64,000 nucleotides of DNA from Anaerohalosphaeraceae bacterium (lineage in GTDB: Bacteria > Planctomycetota > Phycisphaerae > Sedimentisphaerales > Anaerohalosphaeraceae). The notes below the pieces were generated by a model that saw only the letters and a program-made list of their open reading frames with translations, did not search any database and had not been told where the DNA came from. The stretch spans positions 1 through 64,000 of the forward strand of contig JBNRMN010000052.1 in the NCBI GenBank assembly GCA_050309605.1, read 5' to 3'. The first letter of the stretch is position 1. Every line of letters starts with the position of its first letter. Positions 43,937 to 53,453 of the stretch are shown piece by piece. The position numbers and the translations under genes are program-made.

Positions 43937-45361
43937 ATGCAATGCCTGTTGTTTCAAACCCAGACTCGGCTTACCGCGACAATTGTTGCAGCGGTGAGCT
44001 TTTTTTATTGTTCGCCGGCTCCGGCGCTGGTCGAATCGGTCGGGACGAACGGATCCAATGCGCGAATTGTTCAGCAGCAGGGCCTGACCGGCAAAGGCAT
44101 CGGCATCGTCATGCTCTCATCGGGCAATGCACGCGCTTCACACGAGGCCTTTGTCGTGTCCGACACTCAGCGGGCGGTCATCAATTATGACTTTACCGGC
44201 AAGGGCGCCAAGGCGGCCTCACACGATACGCAAGTAGCCGGGATTATCGCGGCGCAGGGCGGCCAACAGTATCCGTCGTGTTTGGGCGTTGCTCCGGGGG
44301 CCTGTGTTCACAGCGCCCGTATTTCGGACGGCGGCCTGTCGCCATATGCCATCGATCGCGCTTTGAATGAACTGATCGTCAACAAAGGCTGCCGCATTGT
44401 CGTTACCGGTGTTCAGATACCCGCCAGTGCGGCCGCGCCGGACGGCGCATCGGTTTGGAGCAAGATATACGATTATTACGCCGAACATTACGACGTGTTT
44501 TTTGCCAACGCCGCCGGCAACAGCGACTCAACTGTCACCATTTTCGGCGACAGCTATAACGGCGTCACCACCGGCGGGCTGGCACTGGATCCGGCCGGTC
44601 GTTACCGCATCGTCGGTTCGATTTCCAACCCCGGCCCGACGCTGGACGAGCGACGCAAACCCGAACTGACGGCCCCGGCCCAGCGGCAAATGATTCCAAA
44701 CGCCTCCGGTGATTCGTCGTGGTCATCGGCCGGCTCGGCGCGCGGCGAAACCAGCTTTTCCGCCCCGCATACCGCCGGCGCAGCCGCGCTGCTGATGGAA
44801 CGAGCTGCCCAGACCGACACGCCGTATGACGACAAGAGCCTGACCATCAAAGCCGTCCTCGTCAACGCCGCCGACCCAAACGTCCTGGACAAATCCGGAA
44901 AACCGACCGATCCCGATAAGACGCTGTGGCATCCGCAGCGCGGATACGGCCGTCTGGACGCCGGCCGGGCATTGAAACTGCTAAAGGCCGGACGCGTGCA
45001 ACCGGACCATCCCATTGAGAACACCGCCGGATGGGCGTATGAAACAATGGAGTTCTATGGCCGTCATCGTTATACCATCGATGCAAAAAAAAATCAGCGG
45101 CTGAATCTGACCGTCACCTGGCATCGTAAACTGAGACGCTACTCGCCTGTGTCATACGTTGAAGAAGCCCCCCGCTTTAACCTGCAGCTGGACATCACGT
45201 CACCGAGCGGACAAATCCTGTTCTCCGAATACGATCCGCAAAACAATCTCCGCAAGGCCGGCCTTGTCCTGCCGGAAGACGGCCTTTATCACGTCGAAAT
45301 ACGTAACCGCGTCTATCAGCAAAAGCGGTCCTATGCGATGGCATTTGAGCTTACAGATTGA
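43937..45361 (+). CDS. Secreted S8 (subtilisin-like) peptidase homologue with C-terminal beta-sandwich domain
   Basis: GLTGKG, HDTQVAGII, NAAGN, KPELTAP, TSFSAPHTAGAAALL, GYGRLDA; signal peptide. Confidence 0.82.
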   Translation: MQCLLFQTQTRLTATIVAAVSFFYCSPAPALVESVGTNGSNARIVQQQGLTGKGIGIVMLSSGNARASHEAFVVSDTQRAVINYDFTGKGAKAASHDTQVAGIIAAQGGQQYPSCLGVAPGACVHSARISDGGLSPYAIDRALNELIVNKGCRIVVTGVQIPASAAAPDGASVWSKIYDYYAEHYDVFFANAAGNSDSTVTIFGDSYNGVTTGGLALDPAGRYRIVGSISNPGPTLDERRKPELTAPAQRQMIPNASGDSSWSSAGSARGETSFSAPHTAGAAALLMERAAQTDTPYDDKSLTIKAVLVNAADPNVLDKSGKPTDPDKTLWHPQRGYGRLDAGRALKLLKAGRVQPDHPIENTAGWAYETMEFYGRHRYTIDAKKNQRLNLTVTWHRKLRRYSPVSYVEEAPRFNLQLDITSPSGQILFSEYDPQNNLRKAGLVLPEDGLYHVEIRNRVYQQKRSYAMAFELTD

Positions 45362-45412
45362 GCAGACGCTCGCCCGTCAGTTCTCTGCATAATTGACCTC
45401 AGAATATCTCGA

Positions 45413-46021
45413 TTATTGCGTTAAATCGGAATCTCCGGAACGTTCTGCAGACAAGCCGCTGTTCTTTTTGAATCGCGGGGGAACTTTGGCTGCCTTTTCC
45501 GCCCAGTGGGTTGACAGGTCCTCTGTTTCTCGTTCCACCGCGGAGCATTCCGGAATGTGATCCGATCCCTGAGTAACTCGATTTTTTAGATAAGTCAAAT
45601 GCTCCCGCTGGACTCTCAGCATCATCTGCAATCGTAAAAGCAACCCCGCGTCATTAAACTGTCTGGCCTGCTCAATCCGAATCTGGTTACGACGAATGGC
45701 ATCTTCTTCGTCTTCAATGTCATACCAAACCATCGCTTCACCGTCTCCGGAGGTATGCACTCGACTGATATTGACACTTGGACAACCACCAAATAAAGAG
45801 ATTCCTTCGGCCAGCATCATCGCATGCTCAACCTTCTGATAAGCATAGACCTTGAAAATGGCAGATAAATTCTCGACGCCCAATCGCCGCATCAGCGCGG
45901 CATGATTGATATATTGAATCGCACTGGTTGTTTCAAGCTCCAGATCCATATTGAGCAGCGCCAAAAAATTAATGGGTGTAATAATCATAATTTGCCTCCG
46001 GATACAAGTTGTAATATCCAT
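45413..46021 (-). CDS. Ferritin/bacterioferritin-like protein, divergent
   Basis: LLNMDLELE..SAIQYINHA, EHAMMLAE.I..FGG.P, E.DAIRR, REH; start may be 45988. Confidence 0.6.
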   Translation of the reverse strand: MDITTCIRRQIMIITPINFLALLNMDLELETTSAIQYINHAALMRRLGVENLSAIFKVYAYQKVEHAMMLAEGISLFGGCPSVNISRVHTSGDGEAMVWYDIEDEEDAIRRNQIRIEQARQFNDAGLLLRLQMMLRVQREHLTYLKNRVTQGSDHIPECSAVERETEDLSTHWAEKAAKVPPRFKKNSGLSAERSGDSDLTQ

Positions 46022-46557
46022 GGCAAGGACAATAGGACCCGTCAGAGCTTAACTGGAGAGGTACACTCGTACTCTGGTGATTCAACTGCGCCGGTTGCGT
46101 TGAGAATGAACAATCACAATCGGAAGCTCTGAGATATCTTCTCGCCAACATCCATGTTTTGACGACACCAAACATCTCAATTCCCCACTGACTTTTCAGG
46201 AAAACACACGCCGCTCTTTCACATCGACATGTCGAGGCAAATTACTTAAATGAAGAAAGATGCACCTTTGAAGATTATCATTGGGTCCTTTAATATCATA
46301 TATATTGACAGAATTAGGCCCAAATGAGGTATCCTCTTTCGTTGGTTTTTTTTGACCGAGGCTATTGATCTGCCTTTGTATAACTGGTATTTTGCAAGGC
46401 CAACTATCAGCAAAACTAAAACTTGGATTATGTCTTCTAATGATTTTGTGATTGGATTTTCCTGTTTTTTCTTTACATCGCTGTTCATTATGTCGATAAT
46501 AGTCTTGCGGGAAACCCGTTTTTTTGTTCTTAACTCTTTATAAATTAAGGATTTAAT

Positions 46558-48426
46558 ATGTGCGGCATTGTGGCGTATTTCGGACGGAAATCGGCTCAGC
46601 CGATACTCATTGAAGGCCTTAAGCGTCTTGAATATCGCGGCTACGATTCGGCCGGGCTGGCGCTGCTTGAACAGCCAGACTTTTCGATCTACAAAACAGC
46701 CGGACGTATTGCCAATCTGGAAGAGATTCTTCCCGTCCCGCCGCGGAAAGCGGTCCTGGGCATCGGTCATACCCGCTGGGCCACACACGGCCAGCCGAGC
46801 ACCGCCAACGCCCATCCGCATGTGGATTATACCGGCAAAATCGCCCTGGTGCATAACGGCATCATTGAAAACTACGCCACGCTGAAAAAATGGCTCATCA
46901 AGGAAGGCTGCACCTTCAAGAGCGAAACCGACACGGAGGTGGCCGCAAATCTGATTGGTTATTTTTACAGCAAAAATCAAACCCGCGACGGCCGAGACTG
47001 CCCTTCAGAATGCGACCGCTTCGAATGGGCTGTCCAGCAGGCCATCAATGAAATCGTCGGCACGTTCGGCCTGGCAATTTTGTGTCGGGACTGCCCCGAA
47101 ACACTCATCGGCGTCAAAAAAGGAAGCCCTCTGATTTTGGGCGTCGGCAAAAACGAATTTATCATCGCCTCGGACGCCTCGGCGATTATCGAGCACACCA
47201 GCCAGGCGGTCTATTTGTCCGACGGCGAGATGGTGACCATTTGCGGCGACGGCTTTTCGACCAAGACGCTTAGCAACGAAACGGTGGATGCCGAGCTGAA
47301 GGAGATTGAAATCTCGCTGGATCAGATTGAGCTGGAAGGCTTTTCGCACTATATGCAAAAGGAAATCGCCGAACAGCCGGCCTCTCTGGAAACCTGTCTG
47401 AACGGACGCATCGATCTGAAGAACGGCCGGGTCGTACTGGGCGGCATTCAATCGCGTCTGCGCGAACTGACACGCACCAAGCGAATCATCCTGACCGCCT
47501 GCGGCACGGCCTGGCACGCCGGGCTGGTCGGCGAATTCCTGTTCGAGCAGCTTGCCCGCATCCCGGCCGAGGTTGAATACGCCAGCGAGTTTCGCTATCG
47601 CAACCCGATTCTTGAAGAAGGGACGGTCGTCATCGCCATCAGTCAGTCCGGCGAGACCGCCGATACGCTGGCCGCCTTTGAACAGGCCAAAGAACGCGGC
47701 GCCACTGTGCTGGGCGTGGTCAACGTCGTCGGTTCGACCATCGCCCGACTGACCGACGCCGGCGTGTATCTGCGCGTCGGGCCGGAAATCGGCGTCGCCA
47801 GCACCAAGGCCTTTACCGCTCAAGTGGCGGTGCTGTCGATGCTGGCCATCGAGCTGGGCCGACGGCGGCACCTGAGCAACGACGTGGCCGAGGGACTGCT
47901 CAAAGAACTGGTCGCCATCCCGAACAAAATCAAAAGCATCCTGACACAATCCGAGATCATCCGCGACATCGCCGCGGCCAATGTGGACAGGGAAAACTGG
48001 CTTTTCCTCGGACGCGGCTTTAATTATCCGGTCGCGCTGGAAGGCGCGCTGAAACTCAAGGAAATCAGCTACATTCACGCCGAGGGACTGCCCGCAGCGG
48101 AAATGAAACACGGCCCGATCGCCCTGATTACCGACGGGATGCCGGCGGTCTTTATCGCCACACGCTGCGCTCAATACGACAAAATCATCGGCAATATCGA
48201 AGAAGTTCGCGCCCGCGGCGGGCGGACCATTGTCGTGGCGACCGAAGGCGACGAGCAGATTCGCCCTTACGCCGATCATGTCATTTACATCCCCGACACC
48301 TGCGATTACTTCCAGCCGCTGCTGACGGTCGTTCCGCTGCAAATTCTGGCCTATCACGCCGCGGTACTGCGCGGCCACGATGTCGATAAGCCCCGCAATC
48401 TGGCCAAAAGTGTCACCGTCGAATAA
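46558..48426 (+). CDS. glmS: Glutamine--fructose-6-phosphate transaminase (isomerizing)
   Basis: MCGIV, LEYRGYDSAG, GHTRWATHG, SQSGETADT, EGALKLKEISY, DKPRNLAKSVTVE. Confidence 0.98.
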   Translation: MCGIVAYFGRKSAQPILIEGLKRLEYRGYDSAGLALLEQPDFSIYKTAGRIANLEEILPVPPRKAVLGIGHTRWATHGQPSTANAHPHVDYTGKIALVHNGIIENYATLKKWLIKEGCTFKSETDTEVAANLIGYFYSKNQTRDGRDCPSECDRFEWAVQQAINEIVGTFGLAILCRDCPETLIGVKKGSPLILGVGKNEFIIASDASAIIEHTSQAVYLSDGEMVTICGDGFSTKTLSNETVDAELKEIEISLDQIELEGFSHYMQKEIAEQPASLETCLNGRIDLKNGRVVLGGIQSRLRELTRTKRIILTACGTAWHAGLVGEFLFEQLARIPAEVEYASEFRYRNPILEEGTVVIAISQSGETADTLAAFEQAKERGATVLGVVNVVGSTIARLTDAGVYLRVGPEIGVASTKAFTAQVAVLSMLAIELGRRRHLSNDVAEGLLKELVAIPNKIKSILTQSEIIRDIAAANVDRENWLFLGRGFNYPVALEGALKLKEISYIHAEGLPAAEMKHGPIALITDGMPAVFIATRCAQYDKIIGNIEEVRARGGRTIVVATEGDEQIRPYADHVIYIPDTCDYFQPLLTVVPLQILAYHAAVLRGHDVDKPRNLAKSVTVE

Positions 48427-48435
48427 CACGCCGTC

Positions 48436-48644
48436 GCCCGATACGGGATACGGATAGATGGGACGTTTTCCAAGGCGTGGCATTATCCGGCTCACTCGCG
48501 CGGCTCGGCTATTGTACGATGACGCAACGCAACATCGCGCGCAATAGCGCGGCCGCGCAAGCGGCCCGATACAGGGATGCGGATATACCGGGGCATTTTC
48601 CAAGACGCCACATTATCCGGCTCACTCGCGCGGCTCGGCTGTTG
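48436..48644. repeat. Second cluster of the same REP/REPIN-like element between convergent genes
   Basis: Truncated forward unit (..GCCCGAT), inverted units at 48485-48514 and 48615-48644, full forward unit CAATAGCGCGGCCGCGCAAGCGGCCCGAT at 48542-48570. Confidence 0.9.
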
Positions 48645-48672
48645 CGCAGGATGGGTTTTGCCCGTCGCGGGG

Positions 48673-49128
48673 CTATTTTCGTCCTGCCGGCGAACGCCGC
48701 ACGTTGTTGTCCGTTCTGCTTTTGGGAATATCCACATGTCCCTGAAGGACCTTCATGGCTTTTTTGACATCGGCGACCTTCAGCACGCCGGTGGTCCGTC
48801 CGCCCCGCGCGCCGGCGGTGCAGTAGGCATAGGCGATATTGATATGCGACTTGGCGAGTTTCTCGGTCACGTCGGCAAACGCCCCGGCCTTGTTGGGCAG
48901 ATTCACACACAGCACTTCCGTCTCGCTGAATTGCAGATTCAGCTTGTTCAACACCTCTCGTATGCGCGATGTGGCGCTGCCGACCAATCGCATCACCCCG
49001 TGCTCCATCGAGTCCATCATGGTCATCGCCACAATATTGATCTTCGCATCGGCCAGCTCTTTGAGTATCCGGGCCAGCACGCCGGGTTTGTTGACCATAA
49101 AAATTGAGAACTGTGTATCCAAATGCAT
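48673..49128 (-). CDS. ACT domain-containing protein (tandem ACT)
   Basis: QFSIFMVNKPGVLA...INI; LPNKAGAFA...INIAYAY. Confidence 0.85.
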   Translation of the reverse strand: MHLDTQFSIFMVNKPGVLARILKELADAKINIVAMTMMDSMEHGVMRLVGSATSRIREVLNKLNLQFSETEVLCVNLPNKAGAFADVTEKLAKSHINIAYAYCTAGARGGRTTGVLKVADVKKAMKVLQGHVDIPKSRTDNNVRRSPAGRK

Positions 49129-49197
49129 CGCCAACCCCTTTCCAATAGGTTAAGACAAATGATCACGTCCATACGATTATTTTCGACGGTCGCCTTG

Positions 49198-50187
49198 TTA
49201 TCCTGTTTTCGCCTTCCAGCACGCCGCCAGATGGGTTCCGCTCGGATCCTTGGGATCAAGCGATTGAACCTCCTCACGGCAGCGGGCCTCGGCCAATGGG
49301 CAGCGCGGATGAAACGGACAACCCGACGGCGGATTGGACGGACTGGGCACCTCGCCGCCCAGCACGATACGCTGTTTGGTGTCCACCGGCATCGGCTCCG
49401 GAATCGCGCTGAGCAGCGCCTGCGTATAGGGATGCCGCGGATCGGCATACAGCGCATCACGTTGGGCAAACTCCACGATACGTCCCAAATACATCACCGC
49501 CACGTCCTCGCTGATATGCTCAACCACCGCCAGATCGTGAGCAATAAAAATGTACGTCAGCCCCATCTGTTCCTGCAAGTCCTGGAGCAGATTGATGATC
49601 TGCGACTGAATGGACACATCCAGCGCACTGACCGGCTCATCGCAAATCAGCAGCTTCGGCTCCAGCGCCAGTGCACGGGCAATACCGATGCGCTGCCGCT
49701 GCCCGCCGGAAAACTCATGCGGATAGCGACCCAGATGTTCACCCGACAGCCCGACCCGATCAAGCAGTTCGGCCGCCTTGTCCCGTCGCTCAGAGCGTCC
49801 GGCCAAGCGGTGTATCAGCAGCGGCTCGCTGACGATCTGTTCCACATTCATGCGCGGGTTCAGCGAGCCATACGGATCCTGAAAGATCATCTGCATATCC
49901 CGAAGCAGATGCTTCATCCGTTTGGCATCGGCGGCAAACACATCCTCGCCGTCAAACACAAATCGTCCCTCCGCCGGCTCTGACAGTCGCAGCAGCGTCC
50001 GTCCGACCGTTGTTTTGCCGCAGCCGCTTTCGCCGACCAGCCCCAGTGTCCTGCCGCGACGAACGCTAAAACTGACCCCGTCAACCGCCTTGACATAACC
50101 GACCGTCTTACGCAGAACACCCGCCCGAATGGGAAACCAGGTCTTCAGATTGCTGACTTCAACAAGATTGTCGTTCGTTTGACTCAT
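49198..50187 (-). CDS. oppF: Oligopeptide/dipeptide ABC transporter ATP-binding protein (OppF-like)
   Basis: [48 protein letters not shown]; start at MSQTND (ORF track start overlaps oppD). Confidence 0.9.
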   Translation of the reverse strand: MSQTNDNLVEVSNLKTWFPIRAGVLRKTVGYVKAVDGVSFSVRRGRTLGLVGESGCGKTTVGRTLLRLSEPAEGRFVFDGEDVFAADAKRMKHLLRDMQMIFQDPYGSLNPRMNVEQIVSEPLLIHRLAGRSERRDKAAELLDRVGLSGEHLGRYPHEFSGGQRQRIGIARALALEPKLLICDEPVSALDVSIQSQIINLLQDLQEQMGLTYIFIAHDLAVVEHISEDVAVMYLGRIVEFAQRDALYADPRHPYTQALLSAIPEPMPVDTKQRIVLGGEVPSPSNPPSGCPFHPRCPLAEARCREEVQSLDPKDPSGTHLAACWKAKTG

Positions 50188-50203
50188 TATTTCTGTCTTC
50201 TGA

Positions 50204-51223
50204 CTACTGACCTCTGACCTCTGATATTTGCGCCTCATACCCCTCGGCATACCAGCAGGCGACGCATCGACCGACAGCAACCTCTTTGAGCGGCGGTTCT
50301 TCGGTTTGGCATCGCCGATCGTCTTTGCCCACCGGACAGCGCGGATGAAACTTGCAGCCGCTCGGAAAATCCAGCGGGTTGGGTACGGCCCCGCCGATGA
50401 CATCCAGCCGATGTTTGCGTTCGCCCAGCCGCGGAAGCGACCGCAGCAATCCCTGCGTATAAGGATGCAGCGGCTTTTCAAACAACGGCCTGACCGTCGC
50501 CGACTCGACCACACGCGAGGCGTACATCACCACCACATCGTCGGCGTTCTCGGCCACCACGCCCAGATCATGGGTAATCAGCATAATGCTCATCCGATGT
50601 TCGCGCTGCAACTGCCGCAGCAGGTCGAGAATTTGGGCCTGAATCGTCACATCCAGCGCCGTGGTCGGCTCATCGGCAATCAGCAGTTTGGGCGAACAGC
50701 TCAGCGCCATCGCAATCATCACACGCTGCCGCATCCCCCCGCTCATCTGATGCGGATATTCATCAATCCGACGCTGCGGATCGGCAATCCCGACGCGCCG
50801 CATCATCTCAATCGCCTGTGCTCGGCTCTGACGGAGATTCAGCCCGCGGTGCAGCCGAATCGCCTCGACAATCTGATTGCCGACCGTAAAGACCGGATTC
50901 AGACTGGTCATCGGCTCCTGAAAAATCATCGCGATCTCATTGCCGCGAATCTGCCGCATTCGGCTTTCAGGCAGATGCAGCAGCGAACGCCCGCTGAAGT
51001 GAATATCGCCCGCCACAATTCGACCGGGCGGATACGGAATCAGACGCATCACCGACAGCGCCGTCACGCTCTTGCCGCAGCCGCTTTCGCCGACCACCGC
51101 CAGCGTCTTGCCCGCGTGCAGGTCAAAACTAACCTCCTGCACCGCCCGCACCAGCCCCAGCTCGGTATAAAAATGCGTCGAAAGATTTCGGATCGACAAT
51201 AAATTGGAGTTAGTCTGCGTCAT
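50204..51223 (-). CDS. oppD: Oligopeptide/dipeptide ABC transporter ATP-binding protein (OppD-like)
   Basis: [44 protein letters not shown]. Confidence 0.92.
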   Translation of the reverse strand: MTQTNSNLLSIRNLSTHFYTELGLVRAVQEVSFDLHAGKTLAVVGESGCGKSVTALSVMRLIPYPPGRIVAGDIHFSGRSLLHLPESRMRQIRGNEIAMIFQEPMTSLNPVFTVGNQIVEAIRLHRGLNLRQSRAQAIEMMRRVGIADPQRRIDEYPHQMSGGMRQRVMIAMALSCSPKLLIADEPTTALDVTIQAQILDLLRQLQREHRMSIMLITHDLGVVAENADDVVVMYASRVVESATVRPLFEKPLHPYTQGLLRSLPRLGERKHRLDVIGGAVPNPLDFPSGCKFHPRCPVGKDDRRCQTEEPPLKEVAVGRCVACWYAEGYEAQISEVRGQ

Positions 51224-51267
51224 ACCGGTTTTCTGTCATCCTGTTTGCGGTTCATTCCGATAGCTCA

Positions 51268-52260
51268 TCAATCCGTCCTCAGTTTCGGATCCAGACAATC
51301 CCGCAGCGCATCGCCGAACAAATTCAGAGCCAGTGACAACACAAAAATCGCCGCGGTCGCCGCCACCATTTCCCACCAGACATTGCGGGCCAGTTCCGCC
51401 CGAGCGGCATCAATCATCGCGCCCCAACTGGGTTTGTCGGTCTCGCCCAGCCCCAAAAAGCTCAAAATGACCTCGGCGTGAATAAATGTCACAAAGCGCA
51501 GCGAAAAATTGATGATGATGATATGAAACACATTCGGCAGCAAATGCTGAAAGATAATCCGACCCGACGAACAGCCCATCGCCCGCGCCGCCAGGACGTA
51601 TTCACTTTCTTTGCGCTTCATAATCTCGCCGCGAATCAGCCGGGCAATGCCGACCCAACTGGTCAGCCCCATTGCCAGATACACCCCCGTTACGCCCCGC
51701 AGCGGCACCCCGAACAGCGATTTATCCCGCAGCACCACCGCAAAAGCCATCACCAGCAGAATATAGGGAATCGTATTGAGCGTGGTCAGCAGCCAGACCA
51801 CCAGATCATCAATCCAGCCGCGAAAATACCCGGCTATCGCCCCCAACGGCACGCCGATCAGCAAACTGATGACCGACGCGCAAAGCGCCACGGTGATCGA
51901 TGTTTTGGCCCCGTACAGCGTTTTTCGCAAGGTGGAACGCCCCAGAAAATCCGTTCCCAGCAGCGACCAGCCCGACCGGGTATCCCCGTCCAGCGTCTGC
52001 CATTCATACGACGCCAGCGGCGCCTGATACGACGGACCGACGTCCTCATTCCATCGCATCAGCACATTATCCACACCGGCGATCTCACAGACAAACACAA
52101 ATCCGGCCAATACAAAATAGGCCATCGACACCCAAAAACACACCATCGCCAGCCGCCGTTTGCGCAATCGGCGCAATCCGTCCGCCCACAAGCTGCGCCC
52201 CTTTGAAGGGGTTCGAAGGTTCAGGTCTTTGTCTTTAATCGGTGTTTCAGTTTTCGCCAT
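51268..52260 (-). CDS. oppC: Oligopeptide ABC transporter permease (OppC-like)
   Basis: LGTDFLGR, EYVLAARAMG, HLLPN, LSFLGLG, PSWG, GDALRDCLDP. Confidence 0.9.
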   Translation of the reverse strand: MAKTETPIKDKDLNLRTPSKGRSLWADGLRRLRKRRLAMVCFWVSMAYFVLAGFVFVCEIAGVDNVLMRWNEDVGPSYQAPLASYEWQTLDGDTRSGWSLLGTDFLGRSTLRKTLYGAKTSITVALCASVISLLIGVPLGAIAGYFRGWIDDLVVWLLTTLNTIPYILLVMAFAVVLRDKSLFGVPLRGVTGVYLAMGLTSWVGIARLIRGEIMKRKESEYVLAARAMGCSSGRIIFQHLLPNVFHIIIINFSLRFVTFIHAEVILSFLGLGETDKPSWGAMIDAARAELARNVWWEMVAATAAIFVLSLALNLFGDALRDCLDPKLRTD

Positions 52261-52286
52261 TCGATTTCCGACTCTTATCAAAACGG

Positions 52287-53447
52287 TTATTCAAGCGACA
52301 CCCGCGGATCCACCCAGGCATAGCAAATATCCGTCAGCAAGGTAAAAAAGATAATCAGCAGCGACATGATATAGGTCATTGCATTAAGCACAAAAAAGTC
52401 CCGCGAGTTGATCGCCTGAATCATCAAATCGCCCAATCCCGGAATCCCGAAAAACCGCTCCAGCAGCAGCGAGCCGAGAATCAGATACGGAATGGACAGC
52501 ACGACATTGGTGATAATCGGGATCATGGCGTTTTTCAGGACATGCTTAAACAATACCGTACGCGTCGAAAGCCCCTTGGCAAAGGCCGTGCGGACATAAT
52601 CACAACGCATCTCATCCAGCATCACCGTGCGGTAAAACCGTAAATTGGCCCCCAGACCGGCCGCAATGCCGATCAGCGCCGGCAGCGCCACGCTGACCCA
52701 AATCGAACGGTCGGGCACAAAAAAGATCGGGAACCAGTCCAACTGATACGCAAAGAAATACTGACCGAAAATAATAAAGCTCAGATAGGGTATGCTCATC
52801 CCCGCCACACATATCACCACCACCGTCACGTCCCAGGCCGAGCCGCGGACGAACGCCACCACCAGCGCCAGCGTAATCGAAATCGCCAGCGTCCCGGCAA
52901 ACATCGGTGCCGTCAGCGCCAGCGACGGCCCCACCCCCCACAGAATACGATCGGAAATCAGTTCACGGTTCAAATCGTAGCCGAAATTAAATGTCAGTGC
53001 CCGCGTAAAGTGATTGAAAAATTGACTGTCAAAATCCAGCATTTTCCAGGATCGCCCCCATCGGACGCTGCCGAGACGTTCTTTGAACAGATCCGACAGC
53101 CAGAGGCCTTTGGCTTTTTGCTCAAGCTCAAACTCACTTAATGGACCAACGGCAGCGGATTCGGCATCTTCCAGACGGGCCGCTTCGGCCGCGCGCGCCG
53201 TCTCAAGATAAGCCGCTTTGTTGGACTGCCAGTCGTCTTCTTCCAGCGGCTCCAATCCGACAAACAGCGGCTTGTCCAAGCCGTATTCATGGCGAATCTC
53301 GGCAATGGTCTCGGCATCGGCATCACGACCGGCTATCTGATAGGAAATGTCGCCCCCGAGCAGCGTAAACAGCACAAACGTCAGCAACAACACCCCGAAC
53401 ACTATCGGAATCGTATAAAGCAGTCGTCGTATAATAAAGGCCGTCAT
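52287..53447 (-). CDS. oppB: Oligopeptide ABC transporter permease (OppB-like)
   Basis: FIIRRLL, YGLDKPL, DYVRTAFAKGL, HVLKNAMIP, FGIPGLG, DPRV. Confidence 0.9.
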   Translation of the reverse strand: MTAFIIRRLLYTIPIVFGVLLLTFVLFTLLGGDISYQIAGRDADAETIAEIRHEYGLDKPLFVGLEPLEEDDWQSNKAAYLETARAAEAARLEDAESAAVGPLSEFELEQKAKGLWLSDLFKERLGSVRWGRSWKMLDFDSQFFNHFTRALTFNFGYDLNRELISDRILWGVGPSLALTAPMFAGTLAISITLALVVAFVRGSAWDVTVVVICVAGMSIPYLSFIIFGQYFFAYQLDWFPIFFVPDRSIWVSVALPALIGIAAGLGANLRFYRTVMLDEMRCDYVRTAFAKGLSTRTVLFKHVLKNAMIPIITNVVLSIPYLILGSLLLERFFGIPGLGDLMIQAINSRDFFVLNAMTYIMSLLIIFFTLLTDICYAWVDPRVSLE

Positions 53448-53453
53448 AGCGTC

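Noticed and set aside
46246..46488. AT-rich 80-aa minus-strand ORF (and the 68-aa ORF at 45969..46175)
   Set aside because: No clear RBS or motif and atypical composition; cannot be supported as genes
46022..46557. glmS ribozyme
   Set aside because: No AGCGCC cleavage-site core or matching pseudoknot elements seen
52067..52075. Perfect DnaA box TTATCCACA
   Set aside because: Single copy inside the oppC coding sequence; compatible with chance
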